Counted from the first letter of the stretch, positions 43,133-53,304 are shown. The stretch is 64,000 nt of DNA from an uncultured Methanoregulaceae archaeon (GCA_963705255.1 OY970061.1:800001-864000); one strand, 5' to 3'. A program made the numbers and translations. The notes: generated by a model from the sequence alone, not told the origin.

Positions 43133-44197
43133 ATGATTTTTATGACGGACATTCCAGAATTAATTGAGGTAATCAATGAAATGGATGCCGATGCTGATAC
43201 AATAGAAAATGAGATGAGCCATCTCTTTTCATCATTAGCCATTGTAGAAAAACCTAATCTTTCTGAAAAAAATGATGAAAGTATTCAAAAAATTCTTTTT
43301 CGTCCATCACTACCCACATATGTCCCTACTCGCGATAAATGGGAGGAACCGAATAAAGAACTATCAGAATATCATCGATATATAATCAAACACTATGAAA
43401 AATGGTATAATCAGGCATTATTCCTTATTCGCGAATATAACAAATCTTCAGAAGTAGAATTCATTGAATTGCATAACGGTAAAAGAGAAAGTTATACCGG
43501 TCCAGACACTTACCGAGACTCACCAGTTCCGGTAACAAAAATGATTACGGTGTATTATGGAATTTCTGAATTATTACAATTTAATGAAAAAATCAAAGGT
43601 ACTTATGAACCTCAAAAATTAATCAAGACTACTACAAATTTATTTTCAAAACAACGCGCATCACTTCTTGCATTACCGGATATTGTAAAAATGTCAAAGA
43701 AATCAAATTCTGTGATTCCCAATTCAATGCCCAATAAGAAGGAAGTATTCATTGTTCATGGCCATGATGAAGAATTAAAACAATCAGTCGCTAGATTTAT
43801 TGAAAAAATTGATTTGAAACCGATAATTTTACATGAACAACCAAATCAAAACAGACATTTGCTCCAAAAATTAAAAGATTATAGCGATGTCGGATACGCA
43901 ATCGTCTTGCTTACTCCGGACGATATGGGAATATCTAAACAGGATTTTGATGAAAAAAATATTGTTCTAAATTTTCAATCAAGGGCCCGTCAAAATGTGA
44001 TTTTAGAATTAGGTTTCTTTTTGGGTCTACTGAAAGAACAGCGGATTTGTGCTATCAATAAAGGTGTTAAAGATATTCCGTCAGATTATCACGGAATTAC
44101 ATTTATTGAATATGATAAAGAAGGAGCGTGGAAAATGAAAATCGCAAAAGAATTAGATTCTGTAGGTTATGTAATAGATTTTAAAAATGTTATATAA
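43133..44197 (+). CDS. Protein with C-terminal TIR-like (CAP12/Pycsar-type) domain
   Basis: VFIVHGHD, ILHEQ, AIVLLTPDD, RARQNVILELGFF, PSDYHG. Confidence 0.88.
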   Translation: MIFMTDIPELIEVINEMDADADTIENEMSHLFSSLAIVEKPNLSEKNDESIQKILFRPSLPTYVPTRDKWEEPNKELSEYHRYIIKHYEKWYNQALFLIREYNKSSEVEFIELHNGKRESYTGPDTYRDSPVPVTKMITVYYGISELLQFNEKIKGTYEPQKLIKTTTNLFSKQRASLLALPDIVKMSKKSNSVIPNSMPNKKEVFIVHGHDEELKQSVARFIEKIDLKPIILHEQPNQNRHLLQKLKDYSDVGYAIVLLTPDDMGISKQDFDEKNIVLNFQSRARQNVILELGFFLGLLKEQRICAINKGVKDIPSDYHGITFIEYDKEGAWKMKIAKELDSVGYVIDFKNVI

Positions 44198-44287
44198 TAG
44201 AAAATTGCATTTTCCTCCTACATTCGCCCATTTCATATTCGCATTTCTCCTTGGTAAGCGCACCGTGCTACTCATTAGCACACACGC

Positions 44288-44294
44288 TTAAATA
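44288..44294 (+). promoter_or_regulatory. TATA box of aromatic operon leader
   Basis: TTAAATA ending 22 nt before ATG 44317. Confidence 0.6.
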
Positions 44295-44341
44295 CAAACA
44301 CACCAAACAATAAACCATGCAGAACGAGTGCCACCGCATTC

Positions 44342-44503
44342 ATGAGGGTTTTTTTGCCCGTGAATGTCTTTATCTCCGTTAGAACACCCGCCCGCTGCAT
44401 CAGTGAGATCGTTTCTGAACTTGTCGTGAATGCCGGTACGTCCGCGTATCGCTTCTTCGGCTTTTTTGGCTTTTATTACCGGTTTTATTACTGGTATCAG
44501 TAA
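44342..44503 (+). CDS. Putative aromatic-amino-acid leader peptide (start uncertain: 44317, 44342 or 44426)
   Basis: MRVFLPVNVFISVRTPARCISEIVSELVVNAGTSAYRFFGFFGFYYRFYYWYQ*; 6 Phe, 6 Tyr, 1 Trp in last 18 codons. Confidence 0.75.
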   Translation: MRVFLPVNVFISVRTPARCISEIVSELVVNAGTSAYRFFGFFGFYYRFYYWYQ

Positions 44504-44561
44504 ACCCTCTGGTTCCGCATAAAAAATCCGTGTGTGAATGCAGGGGGAGGTTGTTGTTGTT

Positions 44562-45353
44562 ATGAGAGGAAAGGAAATTCGTCTGGAAAGAATCATGAAC
44601 CGGAACACGAGGAAGACGGTCATCGTGCCGATGGACCACGGGGTCACGAATGGGCCGATCCCGGGGCTGATCGACCTGTCGCAGGCCGTGAACCTGGTGG
44701 CCGAGGGCGGGGCGAACGCGGTGATCGGGCACATGGGGCTCGCCCTCCACGGCCACCGGCAGAGCGGGCGGGACGTGGGGCTGATCCTCCACCTGTCCGC
44801 GAGCACGTCGGTAGGGCCGGACCCGAACAACAAGGTCCTCGTGAACTCGGTGACGAACGCCCTGAAGATGGGGGCGGACGCGGTATCGATGCACGTGAAC
44901 ATCGGGGCGGAGTCGGAGGCGGCGATGCTCCAGGACCTCGGGAAGGTCGCGGTGGAATGCATGGAGTGGGGGATGCCGCTCCTCGCCATGATGTACCCGA
45001 GGGGGAAGAAGATCGCGAAGGATAACGACGTGGAGATGGTCAAGCTCGCCGCCCGGGTGGCAGCGGAGCTCGGCGCCGACATCGTCAAGACGGTGTACAC
45101 CGGCGACCCGGAGTCCTTCCGGGAGGTGACCCGGGGGTGCCCGGTGCCGGTGGTCGTTGCCGGAGGTTCAAAGACCGATGACCGCACAACCCTTGAGCTG
45201 ATAGAAGGGGCGATGGCGGGAGGGGCGGCCGGGATCTCCATCGGCCGGAACGCCTTCCAGCACAAGCACCCGGCGAAGTTCGTCCGGGCAGCGGCCTGTA
45301 TCGTACACAAGAACATGAGCGTTGACGAAGCATTGAAAATTCTGAAGGTGTGA
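44562..45353 (+). CDS. ADH synthase / archaeal class I aldolase family (AroA'-like), copy 1
   Basis: [23 protein letters not shown]; GGAGG upstream. Confidence 0.9.
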   Translation: MRGKEIRLERIMNRNTRKTVIVPMDHGVTNGPIPGLIDLSQAVNLVAEGGANAVIGHMGLALHGHRQSGRDVGLILHLSASTSVGPDPNNKVLVNSVTNALKMGADAVSMHVNIGAESEAAMLQDLGKVAVECMEWGMPLLAMMYPRGKKIAKDNDVEMVKLAARVAAELGADIVKTVYTGDPESFREVTRGCPVPVVVAGGSKTDDRTTLELIEGAMAGGAAGISIGRNAFQHKHPAKFVRAAACIVHKNMSVDEALKILKV

Positions 45354-46141
45354 AGATGATTGGAAAGGAGATCAGGATCGAACGGATCATGAACCGGAAC
45401 ACAGGAAGGTCGGTCATCGTGCCGATGGACCACGGGTTCTCGATGGGACAGATTGAAGGACTGCTGGACATGACGAAGGTCATCTCGGACGTGAGCGAAG
45501 GGGGCGCGAACGCCATCGTGCTCCACAAGGGGCTCGTCAAGCGCGGCCACCGGAAGCACGGCCGCGACATCGGCCTCATCATCCACCTCTCGGGGTCCAC
45601 CTCGCTCAACCCGGACCCGAACGACAAGGTGCAGGTCTGCACCGTGGAGGAGGCGATAGCCCTCGGCGCGGACGCGGTCTCGATCCACATCAACCTCGGC
45701 TCGCCCAACGAGTCCAAGATGCTGGAGATCGGCGCCGGCGTGGCAAAGGACTGCATGCGCTGGGGGATGCCGCTCCTGACCATGTGCTACCCGCGGGGCA
45801 AGGGGATCGACTCCTTCTCCCCGCAGTCGGTGGGCCACGCGGTCCGGGTCGCCGAGGAGCTCGGCGCGGACATGATCAAGACCAACTACCCGGGAGATGC
45901 AGAATCCTTCCGGAAGATCGTGAAGGCCTGCTCGGTTCCCGTCTTCATTGCCGGCGGCGAGAAGACCGGCGACCTCGAGTCCCTGAAGATCATCCGCGAC
46001 TCGGTGAAGGTCGGCGGCGCAGGGGTCTGCGTGGGGAGGAACTCCTTCCAGCGCGAGGACACCACGGCGTTTGTCAAAGCCCTCTGTGCGGTCGTCCACG
46101 ACAAAACGGACCCGGAGAAGGCGCTGGGGAAGAAGAGATGA
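45350..46141 (+). CDS. ADH synthase / DKFP-forming class I aldolase family, copy 2
   Basis: Paralog of upstream gene, IVPMDHG, GADMIKT. Confidence 0.9.
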   Translation: MKMIGKEIRIERIMNRNTGRSVIVPMDHGFSMGQIEGLLDMTKVISDVSEGGANAIVLHKGLVKRGHRKHGRDIGLIIHLSGSTSLNPDPNDKVQVCTVEEAIALGADAVSIHINLGSPNESKMLEIGAGVAKDCMRWGMPLLTMCYPRGKGIDSFSPQSVGHAVRVAEELGADMIKTNYPGDAESFRKIVKACSVPVFIAGGEKTGDLESLKIIRDSVKVGGAGVCVGRNSFQREDTTAFVKALCAVVHDKTDPEKALGKKR

Positions 46142-46553
46142 TACGGTCGATCACAAAGCTCGATGCCGGCACATCCATGAAGACGAAAAAGTGGGTCTGT
46201 GGAAAAACCAATAAAACCCTCAAGTGGGATTGCGATGAAGCCACGGGTGCTCGCCGCCTCGTCGGGGCTCGCCCCGTGGAGCATGGCCGCAGAAGGGACC
46301 CGTGGGAAAAAAAATTTAAAAATGGGGGTCAAGGGGGTTTGCCCCCTTGGGCTGCCTCGAAGAACCTTTTGGGTTCTTCTCCTTCTTCACGGTCCTTATG
46401 GACCGTTCAGACTCCCCCTCTGGGGACCGACCGCAGGGAGGTCGCAGAAGAACGCATGAGCGTTCTTCGAGGAGAGAGGGGGTCACCCTCACAAATTCCA
46501 CTGAACGTTTCTGAAAAGACAGAGATGAAACAACAGCAAAACAGGGGGCTGCA

Positions 46554-47540
46554 ATGAAGCAGTTCTGGGTCGACATCCGCCCCTGGAACAAGGAGGTCGC
46601 GACCACGGCCATCGAGAGCGGTGCCGACGCGCTGGTCGTCGACCGGGCGGAGGACGTGCGGCGGCTCGGGAGGATCACGACCATCGCCCCCGACGGGGAC
46701 CTGAAGCCCGGCTCCGATATCGCGGAGTGCACCATTACCGACAAGGAGAGTGAGAACGCCGCCGCCCGGATCGGGAAGGGGAAGAAGGTGATCGTCACCA
46801 CGTCCGACTGGACCGTCATCCCGCTCGAGAACCTCGTCGCCCAGTCCGACCAGATCATCGCGACGGTAAAGAGCGTAAAGGAGGCGGAACTCGCCCTGCA
46901 CGTCCTTGAGAAAGGGGTGTACGGCATCCTCCTGAAGACATCCGATCCCGCCGTCGTACGATCGGTGGCGGCCCTCGTGAAGGGGGCGAGCGCCACGGTC
47001 GGCCTCGTCCCGTTCACGGTCACGAAGATCCGGCAGGTCGGCATGGGCGACCGCGTCTGCGTGGACACCTGCTCCATGCTCTCCGACGGGGAAGGCATGC
47101 TGATGGGGAACACCTCGTCGGCGATGCTCCTCGTGCACGCCGAGACGCTCGAGAACCCGTACGTGGCCCCCCGCCCGTTCCGGGTGAACGCCGGGGCGGT
47201 GCACGCCTACATCCTGATGCCCGACGGCAAGACCGCGTACCTCTCCGACCTGGCGATTGGCGGGCAGGTCCTCGTCTCCGACGCGAAGGGCTCCGCCCAC
47301 ACGGCGGTCATCGGGCGGACCAAGATAGAGCGCCGCCCCCTCCTCCTCGTAGAGGCCGAAGCAGGAACAGCAAAGGTGAGCCTGATTCTCCAGAACGCCG
47401 AGACCATCCGCCTCGTCGGCGAGGACGGGAAGGCGATCTCGGTCGTGAACCTCGCAACCGGCGATACGATACTCGGCTGCGTGCTCGAGGGCGGCAGGCA
47501 TTTCGGGATGGCCGTCAAAGAGACTATCCGCGAGAAATGA
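46554..47540 (+). CDS. 3-dehydroquinate synthase II (archaeal AroB')
   Basis: WTVIPLENL, GDRVCVDTCS, RPFRVNAG, LQNAET. Confidence 0.95.
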   Translation: MKQFWVDIRPWNKEVATTAIESGADALVVDRAEDVRRLGRITTIAPDGDLKPGSDIAECTITDKESENAAARIGKGKKVIVTTSDWTVIPLENLVAQSDQIIATVKSVKEAELALHVLEKGVYGILLKTSDPAVVRSVAALVKGASATVGLVPFTVTKIRQVGMGDRVCVDTCSMLSDGEGMLMGNTSSAMLLVHAETLENPYVAPRPFRVNAGAVHAYILMPDGKTAYLSDLAIGGQVLVSDAKGSAHTAVIGRTKIERRPLLLVEAEAGTAKVSLILQNAETIRLVGEDGKAISVVNLATGDTILGCVLEGGRHFGMAVKETIREK

Positions 47541-48367
47541 CCATGAAGGCAGGCATCATCGGCGGGACCGGCAGGATGGGCAGGCTCTTTGCCCCGGTCT
47601 TCGAACGTGCGGGCTACGAGGTCCTCGTCTCCGGGCGGACAACGGCACTGACCAGTGCAGAGCTGGCAGAGCGCTGCGAGCTCGTCATCGTCTCGGTCCC
47701 TATCCATGACACGGTCAGGGTGATCGACGAGATAGCCCCGCTCCTCACCGCTGACCAGCTCCTCTGCGATCTCACGTCCCTCAAAGTAAAGCCAGTCGGG
47801 GCGATGCTCACATCAAAAGCCAGTGTTATCGGGCTCCACCCGATGTTCGGGCCTACGGTCAGCTCCCTGCACCACCAGACCATCATCGTCTGCCCGGCCC
47901 GGGCCAGAGACGAAGAACTCCAGTCACTCCTCTCCATCTTCCGGGCGGAGGGAGCGGACTGCACCATCACGACCCCGGAGGAGCATGACCGGATGATGGC
48001 CGTAGTCCAGGGGCTCACCCATTATGTCACGCTCTGCATGGCGGACACGGTCCGCAGGCTCGGCGTGGATATAGAAAAGACCCTCACGTTCACCAGCCCG
48101 GTCTACCAGATCGAGCTCTCGCTGGTCGGCAGGCTCCTCTCCCAGGACCCGGCGCTCTATGCCGACATCCTCCAGCAGAACCCGTTCGTGCCCGGCGTCC
48201 TGGCGGCCTGCCGGGATTCGGCTGCCGAGCTCTCGTCCATAGTCGGTTCCCGCGATCCCGCACTCTTCCGGAAGTTTTTCGAACAGGACAGCCGGCATCT
48301 CGGCGCATACTGTGACGAGGGGCAGGCGATCACCGATGCCCTTATCGAGTGCATGGTGAACCGATGA
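47537..48367 (+). CDS. tyrA: Prephenate dehydrogenase
   Basis: IGGTGRMG, DLTSLK, HPMFGP, EHDRMMA.VQ. Confidence 0.93.
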   Translation: MTMKAGIIGGTGRMGRLFAPVFERAGYEVLVSGRTTALTSAELAERCELVIVSVPIHDTVRVIDEIAPLLTADQLLCDLTSLKVKPVGAMLTSKASVIGLHPMFGPTVSSLHHQTIIVCPARARDEELQSLLSIFRAEGADCTITTPEEHDRMMAVVQGLTHYVTLCMADTVRRLGVDIEKTLTFTSPVYQIELSLVGRLLSQDPALYADILQQNPFVPGVLAACRDSAAELSSIVGSRDPALFRKFFEQDSRHLGAYCDEGQAITDALIECMVNR

Positions 48368-49158
48368 CCGTCATAACGCTGGGACCGGAAGGGACGTTCT
48401 CCCACGAGCTCACCCTGAAGATGGGCTACTCCGGGACGGTCACCCTCCTCCCGACCATCCACCGGATCATGGATGCAGTCGCGCGCGGGGAAGGGGACGG
48501 GATCGTGCCCATGGAAAATTCCGAGGCAGGCAGCGTCGGGGAGACCCTCGACGGCCTCTCCCGCTACCCCCTCTTCATCACGGCCGAGATGTACATGCCG
48601 GTCCACCACAACCTCGCGTCGCTCGTCCCGCTGGAGAAGATCCGGGTGATCTACGCCCATCCGCAGACCCACGAGCAGTGCAGCGAATATATCGAGAAGT
48701 GGGGCGTCCCGGTCATCCATACCAGCAGCAACGCCTCCAGTGCCCTCGAGGCAAAGAAGACGCCCAATGCCGGCGCGATACTCTCGGCTTCCGCAGCCGC
48801 GCTCTACCGGATCCCGGTCATCGTTAAGGACACCGAGAACAACCTCTCGAACACGACGCGGTTTGTCCGGATCTCCCCAACTCCTGCCGGAGATGGCCAC
48901 CCGGAAAAATGCAGCATCTTCATCGACCCGAGCACGGACCGGGCCGGGCTGCTCCACGACCTCCTTGAGGCCTTCGCTTCCCGGGGGATCAACCTGACCC
49001 GGATCGAGTCGAGGCCGTCGAGGCGGGGCATAGGGAACTACGTCTTCTTCCTCGATTATGCCTGGTCTCCCCGGACCGGGGATGCCCTCGAGGAACTCCG
49101 GGGGATCACCACGGTCAAGGAGCTCGGCTGTTACCGGAAAATCGGGGTCCCGCCATGA
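48364..49158 (+). CDS. pheA: Prephenate dehydratase with ACT domain
   Basis: LGPEGTFS, PMENS, NTTRF, IESRP. Confidence 0.95.
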   Translation: MTVITLGPEGTFSHELTLKMGYSGTVTLLPTIHRIMDAVARGEGDGIVPMENSEAGSVGETLDGLSRYPLFITAEMYMPVHHNLASLVPLEKIRVIYAHPQTHEQCSEYIEKWGVPVIHTSSNASSALEAKKTPNAGAILSASAAALYRIPVIVKDTENNLSNTTRFVRISPTPAGDGHPEKCSIFIDPSTDRAGLLHDLLEAFASRGINLTRIESRPSRRGIGNYVFFLDYAWSPRTGDALEELRGITTVKELGCYRKIGVPP

Positions 49159-50420
49159 GGATTACCATCCCGCGTTCGGGAAGCGTAGACCTGCAGTTCG
49201 AGGCACCCCCCTCGAAAAGTTTCACGCACCGGGCGCTGATCGCCGGGGCCCTCGCTTCCGGTACGACAACGGCCATAAACCCGCTCGAATCAGAGGACAC
49301 CCTCCTCACGCTGGCCGCTCTTCAGAAACTGGGTGTCGACGCCCGGCAGGAGACCGGCCGTATTGTCCTCCACGGGTGTGACGGGGAACTTCCTGCGGCC
49401 GGACCGGTAACCCTTGAGCTCGGCAACTCCGGCACGAGCCTCCGCCTCATGGCATCCCTCGCCCTGCTCTGCCGCTACCCGCTGACCCTCACCGGGAGCG
49501 CCCGCATGCAGGAACGGCCGATCGGGCCGCTCGCGGAAGCGCTCTCATCCATCGGGGGTTCCGTAAAATTCTTACAGAGGAGCGGCTATCCCCCTCTCGA
49601 GGTGAGCGGCCATCTCCGGGGCGGCAGGGTCAGCATCGACGGCTCGGTCAGCAGCCAGTTCATCTCGTCCATCCTGATTGCGGCTCCCTACGCGGAGACC
49701 GAGGTGGAGATCCATATCCCCTCGCCTCCCGCATCGGCGTCCTACCTCGATATCACCCTGAGCGTCATGGAAGGTTTCGGCGCACGGGTCGCCCGTGAAG
49801 GGTATGAACAGTTCACGGTCAGCACCCGGAACCGGTACGCCGGGCGGACCTATGCAGTCGAGGGCGACTATTCGTCTGCCTCCTACTTCTTTGCCCTTGC
49901 CGCTATCTGCGGGGGGAAGGTCACGGTACATAACCTTGTCCCGGACTCCGTGCAGGGCGACCGCAGGTTCCTCCCGGCGCTTCAGGAGATGGGGTGCACG
50001 GTGACGTATCCGGAGAACGCCGTCTCCGTAGAACGGACCGGGGAGCTCCGGGGGATCACCATCGACATGTCATCGTCTCCCGATACCGTGCAGACCCTCT
50101 GCATGGTCGCAGCGACCGCGACAACGCCCACGACCATCAGCGGCATCGGTCATTTGAAGTTCAAGGAGAGCGACCGTATTTCCGGTACAGCTGAACGGCT
50201 CCGGGCCCTCGGGGGCAGGGTGGACGTCGGCGGCGACCGCATCACCATCCGCCCCTCGGTCCTTCACGGGGGCGTCATCGACCCGGCCAACGACCACCGC
50301 ATGGCGATGTCCTTCGCGGTGCTCGGGCTCGGGATCGGGGGGATCACCATCACGAATGCCGAATGCGTCAGCAAATCGTTCCCGGGATTCTGGGAGAGCC
50401 TGAGCGGGGTCATCCCGTGA
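49155..50420 (+). CDS. aroA: EPSP synthase
   Basis: SKS.THR, GNSGT, SSQF, KESDR, DHRMAM. Confidence 0.96.
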   Translation: MRITIPRSGSVDLQFEAPPSKSFTHRALIAGALASGTTTAINPLESEDTLLTLAALQKLGVDARQETGRIVLHGCDGELPAAGPVTLELGNSGTSLRLMASLALLCRYPLTLTGSARMQERPIGPLAEALSSIGGSVKFLQRSGYPPLEVSGHLRGGRVSIDGSVSSQFISSILIAAPYAETEVEIHIPSPPASASYLDITLSVMEGFGARVAREGYEQFTVSTRNRYAGRTYAVEGDYSSASYFFALAAICGGKVTVHNLVPDSVQGDRRFLPALQEMGCTVTYPENAVSVERTGELRGITIDMSSSPDTVQTLCMVAATATTPTTISGIGHLKFKESDRISGTAERLRALGGRVDVGGDRITIRPSVLHGGVIDPANDHRMAMSFAVLGLGIGGITITNAECVSKSFPGFWESLSGVIP

Positions 50421-51809
50421 GGAGGATTGGTACTGACCGGGTTCCGGGGCACCGGAAAGACCGAGATCGGGAAGATCCTCGCCCTGCAGAACACGGTGCA
50501 GTTTTTCGACACGGACTCCCTCATCGAGCTTGCGACCGGCCGCTCCATCCCGGACATCTTCCACGAGGACGGCGAGGAACGCTTCCGGAACATCGAGCGC
50601 GAGGTCATCGCCACCCTCCCGCCCGCGGATGCCGTGGTCAGTACCGGTGGCGGGGCGGTCGTGGACCCGGCCAACATGGAACGCCTCCGGCGGGACAGCA
50701 TCATGGTCCTCCTCTTTGCGGATATCGACACCATCGAGAAGAGGCTCGAAAACGCCCCCCGCCCGCCGCTCACCGGCCTCCCCCTGAGGGAAGAGATCGC
50801 CGAGATAATGGACCGGCGCAGGCACCGGTATTACGCCTCTGCCGACCTCTGCATCGATACCAGCGAGACCACGCCGGCCGATGCTGCCGGAACGATCAGC
50901 GCCCTCCTGCGGGGCGGTGTCCCGGCGGCGGCTTCCCGGAAGGAGGCCCTTGCTTTTTTCCGGGGAGGACGGATCCCGGGGCCGTCGATGCGCCGGCTCG
51001 AACAGGTCCTGAACGACCCGCCGGACGACCCCCTGACACGGATACTCGGGGTTGCCGGGTATCCCTGCGCCCACAGCAGGGGGCCGTACCTCTTCAACGC
51101 CCTCTTCAGCCGGTTCGGGCTCAACTGCCAGTACACATGGTTCGAGGACCCGGATATCGGAAAGATAATGCGGCTCGCGCGGGATCTCGATGTGAAAGGG
51201 CTCTCGGTGACCATCCCGTTCAAGCAGGACGTGATGAACCACCTCGACGAGATCGACGAACATGCCGCACGGCCGATCGGCGCGGTGAACACGGTGGTCT
51301 TTGCCTGCGGGTCGTCTGTCGGGCACAACACCGACTGGCTCGGCATCCGGAAGCCGCTGGTCTCCCTGAAAGGGTCAAGGGCCGTCCTGCTCGGTGCGGG
51401 CGGGGCCGCCGCGGCCGCGGCCTATGCACTCGTGGACCTCGGGATGGACACAACCGTCCTGAACCGTACCCCGCAGAAGGCGAAAGATCTTGCAGAACGG
51501 GCCGGATGCCGCTGGGCCGGGTGGGACTCGTTCGACGACCTGCGGCCTGACCTTGTCGTGAACGCGACCCCGCTGGGGATGGCGCCGGACTTAAGAAGCC
51601 CGCTGAACGAGGACCAGCTCTACCCGGAACTGACGGTCTTTGACCTGGTCTATACCCCGCCGCTCACGCCGCTCCTCGAAGCGGCACAGCGGAAGGGCTG
51701 CAGGACCATCAGCGGCACCGAGATGTTTATCGAACAGGCGAGAGAGCAGTTCTACCTCTTCTTCGGGATCGATGTCCCGTCGGAGACCATCAGGAAGTAT
51801 CTCACATGA
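50417..51809 (+). CDS. aroE: Fused shikimate kinase (AroK-type) - shikimate dehydrogenase
   Basis: GFRGTGKT, GEERFR, GGG then SVTIPFK, GAVNT, NTDW, GAGGAA; start probably GTG 50417 with 1-nt indel. Confidence 0.88.
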
Positions 51810-52807
51810 ACACCTTTGGCAGGAATTTCCGTATCACCACGTTTGGCGAGAGCCACGGTGCCGCAGTCGGTGTCATCATCGACGGGTGCCCCCCGGGAAC
51901 CCCGCTGGCTGAGAGCGATATCCAGCCGTTCCTCGACAGGCGCCGCCCGGGCACCTCCCCGCTGGTCTCCGCGAGGCAGGAAACCGACACCGTCAGCATC
52001 CTCTCGGGGGTCTTTGAAGGAACGACGACCGGCACTCCCATCGCCCTTGTCGTGAAGAACGAGGATGAGCAGCCGAAGGATTACGAAGAACTGCGGTCCC
52101 TGTTCCGCCCGGGCCATGCCGACTTCACCTACCTGCAGAAGTATGGCATCCGGGACCACCGGGGCGGGGGCCGGAGTTCCGGGCGGGAGACGGTCGGGCG
52201 CGTGGTTGCCGGCGCGGTTGCCATGAAATTCCTTGGCAGCAGGGGGATACGGATCTCAGGGAAGATTCTCGAGGTACACGGCAGGTCGGGTGCGGAGGGG
52301 ATCGAACAGGAAATCCTTGCCGCGAAACAGGCCGGGGATTCGGTAGGGGGCATCGCGGAGATCACTGCTGCCGGCTGTCCCCCGGGGCTCGGCGACCCGG
52401 TCTTTTCCAAGCTGGACGCGCAGATTGCGGGCGCCATGATGGGCATCGGGGCGGTGAAGGGAGTCGAGATCGGCGACGGTTTCTCTGCGGCCCGGAGATT
52501 CGGGAGCGAGAACAACGACCCGATCACCCGTGCGGGGTTTGCGAGCAACCATGCGGGCGGGATCCTTGGCGGGATCTCCACGGGGCAGGACATTGTCGTG
52601 CGCATCGCGGTAAAACCGACTCCCTCGATCGCAAAGCCCCAGCAGACGACCGACATTCACGGGAACGACGCGACGATCTCGATCAGGGGGCGGCACGACC
52701 CCTGCATCGTCCCCCGGATCCTCCCCGTTGCCGAGGCGATGCTCGCGCTGGTGCTGGTCGATTGTATGCTGGAACAGGAGAAGTACCGGCAGGGCCAATC
52801 ACCATGA
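51806..52807 (+). CDS. aroC: Chorismate synthase
   Basis: GESHG, RPGHAD, GGRSSGRET, GRHDPC. Confidence 0.97.
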   Translation: MNTFGRNFRITTFGESHGAAVGVIIDGCPPGTPLAESDIQPFLDRRRPGTSPLVSARQETDTVSILSGVFEGTTTGTPIALVVKNEDEQPKDYEELRSLFRPGHADFTYLQKYGIRDHRGGGRSSGRETVGRVVAGAVAMKFLGSRGIRISGKILEVHGRSGAEGIEQEILAAKQAGDSVGGIAEITAAGCPPGLGDPVFSKLDAQIAGAMMGIGAVKGVEIGDGFSAARRFGSENNDPITRAGFASNHAGGILGGISTGQDIVVRIAVKPTPSIAKPQQTTDIHGNDATISIRGRHDPCIVPRILPVAEAMLALVLVDCMLEQEKYRQGQSP

Positions 52808-53304
52808 AGGTTCGGAATCCCTGCCCCCCTGTATAAAAGACGATAACGCATCATTTTTTTGGGAAACAGACATGAAACGATTGGATTCATTCCGGAACCA
52901 TGAAAATTGTTAAAAAACGGATTTGAGAGAGTCCCCCGCCTCAGGGCCTCTCCGAGGACAGCCCGCAGGGCTGTGGAGAAGTCCGTACGAACTTCGGGCA
53001 CGGCGGGGCAAGAAGGTTGATCCGCCGCGGGGAGGCAATCGTTGCTTCAGCGAAGAGAGTCTGATGACACTCTTCTCGTGTTCCTTCGTCACACAGCAAG
53101 GATTGACTGGAGAAGAACTCTTCAGAGTTCTTCGACTGTGCAAGGTGGGGGCGGCGACGTTCATCGTAATTGGGGATTGGGGGTATCAACCCTATCATCA
53201 TATTTTGAATGGTTCAATTTTTAGAAGAAACGCTGACGCATGGGCTACCTACATAACCATTCAGCCACTATCACTACTTCGAGAATCAGGAAATGGGTTG
53301 AGCC

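Noticed and set aside
44200-44290. tRNA or att site at the island's right border
   Set aside because: No cloverleaf or T-loop consensus, and no matching direct repeat found at the left border by eye.
44288-46099. 603-aa minus-strand ORF (and similar long ORFs such as 11292..12710, 46407..47501, 50070..51326)
   Set aside because: Antisense shadows of GC-rich genuine genes, with no recognisable motifs.
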